NCBI RefSeq assembly: GCF_009914755.1
Contig: NC_060925.1
Strand: one strand, 5' to 3'
Length of the DNA: 64,000 bases
DNA from: the human T2T-CHM13v2.0 reference genome, Homo sapiens
The notes under the pieces were generated by a model. The model saw only the letters and a program-made list of their open reading frames with translations. It did no database searches and had not been told where the DNA came from. Positions within the stretch are counted from its first letter, which is position 1. Each line of letters begins with the position of its first letter. The position numbers and the translations under genes were made by a program. Below, piece by piece: positions 12,995 to 23,925 of the stretch.

Positions 12995-14008
12995 TATTTT
13001 TAAAGCTCTATTGAGATATAATCTACACACTGTAAAATTTACTGGTTTTAAGTGTACAATTCCAAGATTTTCAGTAAATTTACATAACCGTGCAACTATC
13101 ACTGCAATCTAGTTTTAGAACATTATCGCCACCCCAAAAAGATGCCTGTGTCTGTTTGTAGTCAATCCCTGTTCCCACGCTAAGCTCCAGGCAACCACTA
13201 ATCTACCTTCTGTCTCTATAGACTTGTTTTCCCAGATATTTGTTACAAATAGAATTGTATGTGATGTTTTGCATCTGGCTTACTTATTTAGCATAATATT
13301 TTTGAGGTTCATCAACATTTCAGTATTATTAGTATTTCATTACATTTTATTCCACTGCCTGGGTATACTATATTTGTATATCCTTTCACCACTACGTGAA
13401 CATTTGAAGTGTTTCCACTTCCTTGGATACTATCAATAATGCTGCCACGTGCATTCCCAAACAAGTCTTTCAGGGACACATGTTTTCCTATATGTTTTCA
13501 TATAGGCAAATCATGTTTTCATGATATCTGTGAGTAGAGTTGCTGGGTTATATGGTAAACTCATGTTTAACATTTTTTGTTGTTGTTTTTGTTTGTTCGT
13601 TTTTTTTTTTTTTTAATTTGAGACAGGGTCTTGCTCTGTCACCCAGGCTGGAGTGTAGTGACATCATCACTGCAACCTCCGCCCCCCAGGTTCAAGTGAT
13701 TCTCATGCCTCAGCCTCGAGAGTAGCTGGAATTACAGTTGTGCACCACCATGGGCTGGCTAATTTTTGTGCTTTTAGTAGAGATGGGGTTTCACCATGTT
13801 GACCAGGCTGGTCTCGAACTTCTGGCCTCAAGAAATCCACGCACCTTGGCCTCCTAAAAGTGCTAGGAATATAGGTATGAGCCATTGCACTCAGCCAACT
13901 ATTAAAAAAAAAAAAAGCTGCCAAATTGCTGCCATAATGGCTGTATCATTTTACATTTTCACTAGCATTATATGAAACAATGTGTATTTCAGTTTCTGTA
14001 TATCCTAA
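12995..14008 (-). mobile_element. L1MB-like 3' UTR, left part (contains an Alu; split by the provirus)
   Basis: TATTGAGATATAAT..TTTAAGTGTACAATTC..CCAGGCAACCACTAATCTAC..TTGCTGGGTTATATGGTAA. Confidence 0.85.
13575..13897 (-). mobile_element. Alu (J or old S)
   Basis: T-rich tail, GAGACAGGGTCTTGCTCTGTCACCCAGGCTGG ... GAGCCATTGCACTCAGCC. Confidence 0.92.
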
Positions 14009-14845
14009 TGAGAGGTGAAGCCAGCTGGGCTTCTGGGTCAGGTGGGGACTTGGAAAACTTTTGTGTCTAGCTAAAGGATTGTAAATGCACCAATCAGCAC
14101 TCTGTAAAAATGCACCAATCAGTGCTCTTTGTCTAGCTAAAGGATTGTAAATGCACCAATCAGCACTCTGTGTCTAGCTAAAGGATTGTAAATGCACCAA
14201 TCAGCACTCTGTAAAAATGCACCAATCAGTGTTCTGTGTCTAGCTAAAGGATTGTAAATGCACCAATCAGCACTCTGTAAAAACGCACCAATCAGCACTC
14301 TGTGTCTAGCTAAAGGATTGTAAATGCACCAATCAGCACTCTGTAAAATGGATCAATCAGCAGGATGTGGGCAGGGTCAAATAAGGGAATAAAAGCTGGC
14401 CACCCAAGCCAGCAGTGGCAACCTGCTTGGGTCCCCTTCCACGCTATGGAAGCTTTGTTCTTTCACTCTTCACAACAAATCTTGCTGCTGCTCACTCTTT
14501 GGGTCCGCATTACTTTTATGAGCTGTAACACTCACCACGAGGGTCTGCGGCTTCATTCCTGAAGTCAGTGAAACCACGAACCCACCAGGAGGAATAAACA
14601 ACTCCGGACGCACCACCTTTAAGAGTTGTAACACTCACGGCAAAGGTCTGTGGCTTCACTCCTGAAGTCAACAAGACCATGAACCCGCCAGAAGGAAGAA
14701 ACTCCAGACACATCTGAACATCTGAAGGAACAAACTCTGGACACACCAACTTTAAGAACTGTAACACTCACTGTGAGGGTCCACAGCTTCATTCTTGAAG
14801 TCAGCGAGACAAAGAACCCACTGGAAGGAACCAATTCTGGACACA
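14009..14845 (+). mobile_element. 5' LTR (LTR12 family), 837 bp
   Basis: Starts TGAGAGGTGAAGCCAGCTGGGC and ends CTGGACACA. Contains a U3 CCAAT repeat array and U5 subrepeats, and is followed by the PBS. Confidence 0.96.
14062..14400 (+). promoter_or_regulatory. LTR12 U3 enhancer/promoter: tandem CCAAT (NF-Y) repeats and AATAAAA TATA-like box
   Basis: Eight intact CCAATCAG boxes in 41-bp and 25-bp units, then GGGAATAAAAGC near 14385-14396. ERV9 LTRs are known NF-Y-driven promoters. Confidence 0.8.
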
Positions 14846-14848
14846 TTT

Positions 14849-14866
14849 TGGCAACCCAGATGGGAC
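14849..14866 (+). other. Primer binding site complementary to tRNA-Arg
   Basis: TGGCAACCCAGATGGGAC lies 3 nt after the LTR. It is one CpG-type mismatch from the complement of the tRNA-Arg(CCG) 3' end as I recall it (TGGCGACCCAGATGGGAC). Confidence 0.85.
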
Positions 14867-15890
14867 TATCGACTATCGCCAAGTGGTGAGAACCACTGGA
14901 CCCCTTTCACTTGCTATTCTGTCCTATTTTTCCTTAGAATTCAGGGGCTAAATACCGGGCACCTGTCAGCCAGTTAAAAGAGACTAGCACAGCTGCCAGA
15001 TTAAAGACATGGGTAACAGGCTTTCTGGGAAAGAGCTCTCTAACAATCCCCAGCTCTTCAGAGTTGGGAGCGCTGGTTTGCCTGGAAGCAGCTTCCGCTT
15101 TTCCTTTACTTCTGGGCTGAGCCAAGGGTCGACAGAGAGGAAAGCCATTCAGCTCTGGGGTCCCAACAACAAGCTGGTTGACCCTGTGGCCATGAGCGGA
15201 ACTCTCAAAGTCATGTCACCCAAGCGAAACTTGCCCGTCTATGCTATCTATCCTGACACTTGCCTCCTGGGTCCTAATGCCTGTCAGACAAACTTCCTCT
15301 CGTCTCTCTTCTCTGAGGCTAGTCCCACTTCTAAAAACCACTCCCTGTCTCTGGTGCTTTTCTAGTTTCTCCTATGATTTCTAGTATAAACTCCAGGACT
15401 CTATTCCCTTCTTTAGGTACACGGGCTCACCAAGCAGAAAGACATAATTTTTGCCCAAAGCCCCATCATAGGGGAGACTACCTGGAATTTTAGGATCCCT
15501 CCTCAGAGAAGTAGGCCTAACAAAAGCTATTCCTGAAGCTAGGATATGGGGAGCTTCAGAAATGACATCCTTCCTATTCAAGTGAGGACAAAAGGTGTCA
15601 CTCTTCCTACCCTGGAGATCCCTTCTCTCCCTCAGGGTATGGACCTCCACTTCATTTTTGGGGCATAACATCTTTATAGGACATGGGTAAAGTCCCAATA
15701 CTAACATGACAATGCTTAGGACTCTAACAGGTTTTCAAGAATGCATCAATAAGGGCCACTAAATCCGATTTTTCTCGGTCCTCTTTGTGGTCTAGGAGGA
15801 CAGGCAAGGTTGCAGGTTTTCGAGAATGCATTGGTAAGGGCCACTAAATCTGACATTCCTTGGTCCTCCTTGCAGTCTAGGAGGAAAACT

Positions 15891-16210
15891 AGTGTTTCTG
15901 CTGCTACGTTGATGAGTGCAACTATTCTGATCAGCAGGGTCCAGCAACTGCTGCAGGTTCTTGGGCCAGAGGTGTTTCTGCTGCTGTGTCAGTGAGCACA
16001 ACTATTCCAATCAGCAGGGTCCAGGGACCGTTGCAGGTTCTTGGGCAAGAGGCATTTCTGCTGCTGCATCAGTGAGCACAACTATTCTGATCAGCAGGGT
16101 CCAGGGACCATTGTGGGTTCTTGGGTAAGAGGTGTTTCTGCTGCTGTGTTGATGAGCACAACTATTCCGATCAGCAGGGTCCAGGGACCATTGTGGGTTC
16201 TTGGGCAGGG
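15891..16210 (+). repeat. 80-bp tandem repeat x4 in the HERV9 leader
   Basis: Units GTGTTTCTGCTGCT...GATCAGCAGGGTCCAG...GTTCTTGGG start at about 15891, 15971, 16051 and 16131. Confidence 0.9.
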
Positions 16211-16254
16211 GGAGAAACAAACAAACCAAAACCACGTGTGGTTTTGTCTTTCAA

Positions 16255-17685
16255 ATGGGAAACATTCAGGCATCAACAGGCTCACCCTTAAAATGCATCC
16301 TAAGCCATTGGGAACAATTTGACCTGCAAACTCTGAAAGAGAGGCACCTCATTATTCTCTCTCTGATGGGGAAAAAAAGCCATCTGAGGGAAGTATAAAT
16401 TACAATATTATTCTGCAGCTTGACCTTTTCTGTAAGAGGGAAGGCAAATGCAGTGAAATACCTTATGTCCAAGCTTTCTTTTCATTGAAGGAGAATACAC
16501 AACTATGCAAAGCTTGCAATTTACACCCCACAGGAGGACCTCTCAGCTTACCCCCATATCCTAGCCTCCCTATAGCTCCCATTTCTATTGATGATAAGCC
16601 ACTTCTAATCTTCCCCACCTGGAAGGAAACAAGCAAAGAAATCTCCAAAGGACCACAAAAACCCCCAGGCTATCGGTTATGTCCCCTTCAAGCTGTAGGG
16701 GGAAGGGGATTTGGCCCGACCCAGGTACATGTCCCCTTCTCCCTCTCTGATTTGAAGCAGATCAAGGCAGACTTGGGGAAGTTTTCAGATGATCCTGATA
16801 GGTACATAGATGTCCTACAGGGTCTAGGGCAAATCTTCCATCTCACTTGGAGAGATGTCATGCTATTATTAGATCAAACCCCGGCATTTAATGAAAAGAA
16901 TGCAGCTTTAGCTGCAGCCCGAGAGTTTGGAGATACCTGGTATCTTAGTCAAGTAAATGATAGAATCACAGCCAAAGAAAGGGACAAATTCCCTACTGGT
17001 CAGCAAGCCATCCCCAGTATGGATCCCCACTGGGACCTCGACTCAGATCATGGGGACTGGAGTTGTAAACATCTGTGGACCTGTGTTCTAGAAGGACTAA
17101 GGAGAATTAGGAAAAAGCCCAAGAATTATTCAATGATGTCCACCATAACTCAGGGAAAGGAAGAAAATCCTTCTGCCTTCCTCGAGCAGCTATGGGAGGC
17201 CTTAAGAAAATAGACTCCCCTGTCACCCAACTCACTAGAGGGTCAATTGATCCTAAAAGATAAGTTTATTACCCAATCAGCCGCAGATATCAGAAGAAAG
17301 CTCCAAAGGCGAGCCCTGGGCCCTGAACAAAATCTGGAGGCATTATTAAACCTGGCAACGTTGGTTTTATAATAGGGACCAAGAGGAACAGGCACAAAAG
17401 GAAAAGCAAGATCAGAGAAAGACCCCAGCCTTTGTCATGGCCCTCAGACAAACAAACCTTGGTGGTTCAGAGAGGACAGTAAATGGAGCAGGCCAATCAC
17501 AAGGTGGGGCTTGTTACCAGTGTGGTTTTCAAGGACACCTTAAAAAAGATTGTCCAACGAGAAACAATCTGCCCCCTCGTCCATGTCTGCTATGCCGAGG
17601 CAATCACTGGAAGGCACACTGCCCCAGAGAGCACAGTGTCTCTGGGCCAGAAGCCCCCAACCAGATGATCCAACAACAGGACTGA
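16255..17685 (+). pseudogene. gag: HERV9 gag, with frameshifts and a premature stop
   Basis: MGNIQASTGSPLKCIL start, MHR-like ITQGKEENPSAFLEQL, zinc knuckles CYQCGFQGHLKKDC and CLLCRGNHWKAHC, QQQD-stop end. Split across ORFs 16201-16398, 16485-17213 and 17437-17685. Confidence 0.93.
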
Positions 17686-20128
17686 GGATGCCCGGGGCAA
17701 GTGCCAGCTCATGTCATCACCCTCACTGAGCCCCGGATATGTTTAACCATTGAGGGCCAGGAAATTGACTTCCTCCTGGACACTGGTGCAGCCTTCTCAG
17801 TGTTAATCTCCTGCCCCAGACGACTGTCCTCAAGGTCCGTTACCATCCGAGGAATCCTGGGACAGCCTCTAACTTTCTCCCACCTCCTCGGTTGTAATTG
17901 GGAGACTTTGCTCTTTTCACATGCCTTTCTTGTTATGCCTGAAAGTCCCACACCCTTATTAGGAAGGGATATATCAGCCAAAGCTGGAGCTATTATCTAC
18001 ATGAATATGGGGAACAAGTTACCCATTTGTTGTCCCCTACTTGAGGAGGGAATCAACCCTGAAGTCTGGGCATTGGAAGGACAATTTGGAAGGGTAAAAA
18101 ATGCCCGCCCAGTCCAAATCAGGCTTAAAGACCTCACCACTTTTCTTTATCAAAGGCAATATCCCTTAAGGCCTGAAGCTCATAAAGGATTACAGGATAT
18201 TGTTAAACATTTAAAAGCTCAAGGCTTAGTAAGGAAATGCAGCAGTCCCTGCAACACTCCAATTCTGGGAGTACAAAAGCTGAATGGTCAGTGGAGGCTA
18301 GTGCAAGATCTTAGACTCATCAATGAGGCAGTAATTCCTCCATATCCAGTTGTACTCAACCCCTATACCCTGCTCTCTCAAATACCAGAGGAAGCAGAAT
18401 AGTTCACTGTTCTGGACCTCAAGGATGCCTTATTCTGTATTCCCCTGCACTCTGACTCCCAGTTTCTCTTTGCCTTTGAAGATCCCACAGACCACACATC
18501 CCAACTTACATGGATGGTCTTGTCCCAAGGGTTTAGGGATAGCCCTCATCTGTTTGGCCAGGCACTGGCCCAAGATCTAGGCCACTTCTTAAGTCCAGAC
18601 ACTCTGGTCCTTCAGTATGTGGATGATTTACTTTTGGCTGCCAATTTGGAAGCCTCATGCCAGCATGCTACTCTAGATATCTTGAACTTTCTAGCTAATC
18701 AAGGGTACAAGGCATCTAGGTTGAAGGCCCAGCTTTGCCTACAGCAGGTCAAATATTTAGGCCTAATCTTAGCCAAAGGGACCAGGGCCCTCAGCAAGGA
18801 ACGAGTACAGCCTGTTCTGGCTTATCCTCACCCTAAGACATTAAAACAGGTGCAGGGGTTCCTTGGAATCACTGGCTTTTGCCAACTATGGATCCCCGGA
18901 TACAGCGAGATAGCCAGGCCCCTTTATACTCTAATCAAGGAGAACCAGAGGGCAAATACTCATCTAGTAGAATGGGAACCAGAGGCAGAAACAGCCTTCA
19001 AAACCTTAAAGCAGGCCCTAGTACAACCTCCAGCTTTAAGCCTTCCCAAAGGACAAAACTCCTCTTTATATGTCAGGGAGAGCAGGGATAGCTCTTGGAG
19101 TCCTTACTCAGACTTGTGGAACAATCCCAAAACCAGTGGCATACCTAAGTAAGGAAATTGATGTAGTAGCAAAATGCTGGCCTTACTGTTTACGGGTAGT
19201 TGTGGTGGTGGCCGTCTTAGCATCAGAGGCTATCAAAATAATACAAGGAAAGGATCTCACTGGACTACTCATGATGTAAATGGCATACTAGGTGTCAAAG
19301 GAAGTTTATGGCTATCAGACAACTGCCTACTTAGATACTAGGTGCTACTCCTTGAGGGACCAGTGCTTCAAATACGTATGTGTGTAGCCCTCAACTCTGC
19401 CACTTTTCTCCCAGAGGATGGGGAACCAATTGAGCATGACTGCCAACAAATTATAGTACAGACTTATGCCGCCCGAGATGATCTCTTAGAAGTCCCCTTA
19501 GCTAATCCTGACCTTAACCTATATACCTATGGAAGTTCATTTGTGGAGAATGGGATACGAAGGGCAGGTTATGCCATAGTTAGTGATGTAACTGTAGTTG
19601 AAAGTAAGCCTCTTCCCCCAGGGACCAGTGCCCAGTTAGCAGAACTAGTGGCAGTTGCCCGAGCCTTAGAACTGGGAAAAGGAAGAAGAATAAATGTATA
19701 TACAGATAGCAAGTATGCTTATCTAATCCTACATGCCCATGCTGCAATATGGAAAGAAAGGGAGTTCCTAACCTCTGGGGGAACCCCCATTAAATACCAC
19801 AAGGAAATTATGGAGTTATTGCACTCAGTGCAAAAACCCAAGGAGGTGGCAGTCTTACACTGCCAAGCCATCAGAAAGGTGAAGGAGAAAAGGCAGAAGG
19901 AAACCACTGGGCAGATGCTGAGGCCAAAACCGCTGCCAGGCAGAACCTCCCATTAGAAATACCTACAGAAGGATGCTTGGTATGGAACAACCCTCTCCAA
20001 GATATTAAGCCCCAGTATTCCCCAACTGAAACAGAATGGGGATTTTCACAGGGGTATAGTTTTCTCCCCTTGGGGTGGTTCATGACAGAAGAAGGAAAGG
20101 TACTTATACCTGAAGCCAGCCAGTGGAA
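17686..20128 (+). pseudogene. pol: HERV9 pro-pol (protease, RT, RNase H); integrase missing
   Basis: LLDTGA protease motif; RT motifs WRLVQDLR, LSQGFRDSP and QYVDDLLL; RNase H motifs YTYGSS (first catalytic Asp replaced by Tyr), AQLAEL and YTDSKY. Stop at 18400-18402 and frameshifts after about 19070. Confidence 0.95.
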
Positions 20129-21441
20129 TTACACTCTACCACTTCAAACCCCAACTGATCATAGTAACTGCTGAGTTACCCAAACAGCTCCATTCAGATG
20201 GCTTGTCCGCTTCTCAGGGCCTCCAAAAATCATCATCTCTTCCCTGCTTAACAAACAGTCCAGGTTTTGTAATGGCAAACACACTCCCTGCATGACCATT
20301 CACCCCGAACCCCCTGCAGCAGCGACCCCACCACTAGTGAATGCCTTCTCATCCCCTCTTTTAATCACTCTCTTGAATGGTTCCTAGTAGATACAAAATG
20401 GTTTTTTCTCCAATGGGAAAATAGAACACAGGGAGCCACTCAGTTTGCTCCCAAAACCCCTTTCCAGCCACACACCGGAGCTACCTTGGCAAGTACTCTA
20501 GGAGTATGGGAAAGTGAAAACAACAAACTCACACACCTTTTTAACATACACAACCAGTTCTGTCTATGCAGCCGAAGTATATTCTTCTTATGTGGAACGT
20601 CAACCTGTATCTGCCTCCCTACTAACTGGAAAGGCACCTGCACCTTAGTCTTTCTAAGTCCCAACATTAACATTGCCCCAGGAAATCAGACCCTATCAGT
20701 ACCCCTCAAAGCTCAAGCCCATCAGTGCAGAGCCATACAATGAATACTCCTACTTGTAGGGTTAGGAATGGCTACTGCTACAGGAACCAGAATAGCCAGT
20801 TTATCTACTTCATTATCCTACTACCACACACTCTCAAAGGATTTCTCAGACAGTTTGCAAGAAATAACAAAACCTATCCTGACTCTACAGTCCCAAATAG
20901 ACTCTTTGGCAGCAGTGACTCTCCAAAACTGCCAAGGCCTAGACCTCCTCACTGCTGAGAAAGGAGGACTCTGCACCTTCTTAGGGGAAGAGTGTTGTTT
21001 TTACACTAACCAGTTGGGGATAGTATGAAATGTCACCTGGCATTTACAGGAAAAGGCTTCTGAAATCAGACAACACCTTTCAAACTCTTATACCAACCTC
21101 TGGAGTTGGGCAACATGGTTTCTCCCCTTTCTAGGTCCTGTGACAGCCATCTTGCTATTACTCACCTTTGGGCCCTGTATTTTTAACCTCCTTGCCAAAT
21201 TTGTTTCCTCTAGGATCAAGGCCATCAAGCTACAATGGTCTTACAAATGGAACCCCAAATGAGCTCAAATAACAACTTCTACCAAGGACCCCTGGACCGA
21301 CCTGCTGGCCCTCTGACTGACCTAAAGAGTTCCCCTCTGGAGGACAGTACAACTGCAGGGCCCCTTCTTCACCCCATCCAGCAGGAAGTAGCTAGAGCAG
21401 TCATCACCCAATTCCAACAGCAGTTGGGGTGTCCTGTTTAG
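20129..21441 (+). pseudogene. env: HERV9 env remnant (3' SU plus TM)
   Basis: FFLCG..CLPTNWKGTCTL, RAIQ at the SU/TM junction, immunosuppressive-domain-like LQNCQGLDLLTAEKGGLC, CX6CC (CTFLGEECC), hydrophobic anchor. Several stops. Confidence 0.93.
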
Positions 21442-21450
21442 AGGGGGGAT
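21440..21450 (+). other. Polypurine tract
   Basis: AGAGGGGGGAT immediately before the 3' LTR. Confidence 0.9.
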
Positions 21451-22327
21451 TGAGAGGTGAAGCCAGCTGGGCTTCTGGGTCGGGTGGGGACTTGGAGAAC
21501 TTTTGTGTCTAGCTAAAAGATTGTAAATGCACCAATCAGCGCTCTGTGTCTAGCTAGAGGATTGTAATGTACCAATCAGTGCTCTGTGTCTAGCTAAAGG
21601 ATTGTAAATGCACCAATCAGCACTCTGCAAAAATGCACCTATCAGCACTCTGTGTCTAGCTAAAGGATTGTAAATGCACCAATCAGCGCTCTGTAAAAAT
21701 GCACCAATCAGTGCTCTGTGTCTAGCTAAAGGATTGTAAATGCACCAATCAGCACTCTGTACAAATGCACCAATCAGCACTCTGTGTCTAGCTAAAGGAC
21801 TGTAAACGCACCAATCAGCACTCTGTAAAATGGACCAATCAGCAGGATGTGAGTGGGGCCAAATAAGGGAATAAAAGCTGGCCACCTGAGCCAGCAACAG
21901 CAACCTGCTCGGGTCCCCCTCCATTCTGCGGAAGCTTTGTTCTTTCACTCTTCACAATAAATCTTGCTGCTGCTCACTCTTTGGGTCCGCATTACCTTTA
22001 TGAGCTGTAACACTCACCACGAGGGTCTGCAGCTTCATTCCTGAAGTCAGTGAGACCACAAACCCACAAGGAGGAATAAACAACTCCGGATGCACCACCT
22101 TTAAGAGCTGCAACACTCACTGCGAAGGTCAGTGGCTTCACTCCTGTAGTCAGCGAGACCACGAACCCACCGGAAGGAAGAAACTCTGGACACATCTGAA
22201 CATCTGAAGGAACAAACTCCGGACACACCACCTTTAAGAACTGTAACACTCACTGCCAGGGTCCACGGCTTCATTCTTGAAGTCGGCAAGACCAAGAACT
22301 CACTGGAAGGAACCAATTCCGGGCACA
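21451..22327 (+). mobile_element. 3' LTR (LTR12 family), 877 bp
   Basis: Direct repeat of the 5' LTR, preceded by a polypurine tract and followed by the CTAA TSD. Confidence 0.96.
21504..21882 (+). promoter_or_regulatory. 3' LTR U3 CCAAT repeat array and TATA-like box
   Basis: Nine intact CCAAT boxes (one further box mutated to CCTAT) plus GGGAATAAAAGC. Confidence 0.78.
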
Positions 22328-22515
22328 CTAACACTTGTTATTATTTGACTTTTTGATAATAGCCATTCTGTTCAGTATTTCATTCAGTGGTTTTAACTTG
22401 CATTTCCCTAATAACTAGTGATGTTCATACTCTTTTTGCATGCTTATTAACCATATTTTCTTCAGTAAAATATCTATTCAAAACTTTTGCCCATTTTTAA
22501 ATTGTTTGTCTTGTG
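22328..22515 (-). mobile_element. L1MB-like 3' UTR, right part
   Basis: AACACTTGTTATT..TTTTGATAATAGCCATTCT..TTGCATTTCCCTAAT continues the sequence left of the provirus. Confidence 0.85.
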
Positions 22516-22684
22516 CTAGGTTTTACACATAAATTTTTTGCTACTGCATTGGAGTCAATATAATCTTCAATTTTGCAGATGGATAAACTGAGTCAGAAAG
22601 TTAAATAACTTTCTCAAGGTCATCCTTCCAGCTAATAATGGCAGTAGTTCTTCTGGTTCCAAAGTCTCGGGTTATTATCTCTAC

Positions 22685-22925
22685 TGAAGTTGCAATCTGG
22701 TGATCAGAGGCTTGATCACAGCCCACAGATGCGTCTATATGTGTCACACCATAAAAAATATATAACCAAGGTTTTAAAAAGGAAGCATTCACATAGAAAT
22801 CCAGGTTTCTGGCTTCTTGTGAAATGATGGAAGATCTAATAGCACTGGGCTCACACTCCACATTCTTAACAGAATTCCAAAAGCATTCTATAAGAGCTGG
22901 GTAGCCATCACTCTCTCCAGACAGA
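22685..22925. mobile_element. MER102-like hAT fossil
   Basis: TTCACATAGAAATCCAGGTTTCTGGCTTCT..GAAGATCT..CACTGGGCTCACA. Confidence 0.6.
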
Positions 22926-23278
22926 CCCTGTACACAGAGCCACATATAATCTGACCTCCATGTCATTCACTGATGTTCTTAACCCTGTAGGCATTCGAGG
23001 GAGCCATATCCACAAGGTGGGTATGCTCTGTGCCATCTTAGAAAGCTCTTCTTTACATAGGTGAAGAAAACCTAGCTCACTTAGACTATATGCATGTAAA
23101 AAACAGATAAAGTACAGACTGGCAAAAAGTCTATAATTTAAGACAATATTCACTATAGATAAAGCTTCCCTGGGATCAGTCATGTAAAAAAAATAGGTTT
23201 AATCCTTTCTCTTCAAATCCAATATGTAAAACATTATTAAAAACTGGGGTTTCTCTCACTGAAAAAAAGATGGAATTG

Positions 23279-23925
<647 letters not shown>

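Larger units (their letters stand above)
14009..22327 (+). mobile_element. HERV9/ERV9 provirus (class I ERV), defective, with internal deletion
   Basis: Paired TG...CA LTRs. 4-bp TSD CTAA at 14005-14008 and 22328-22331. PBS, PPT and gag/pro/RT/RNase H/env-TM motifs occur in order. Confidence 0.97.

Noticed and set aside
14062-14345. CRISPR-like regularly spaced repeats
   Set aside because: These are contiguous tandem units with no unique spacers, in eukaryotic DNA. They are the known ERV9 U3 enhancer repeats.
20486-21441. Co-opted syncytin-like env gene
   Set aside because: The 5' SU and signal peptide are deleted, there is a stop right after RAIQ and another after CX6CC, and the immunosuppressive domain RR has decayed to CQ.
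21550-21948. 132-aa antisense ORF with repeated QSADWCIYNPLARHR
   Set aside because: This is a translation of the LTR tandem repeat. A+B is 66 nt, which keeps the frame open.
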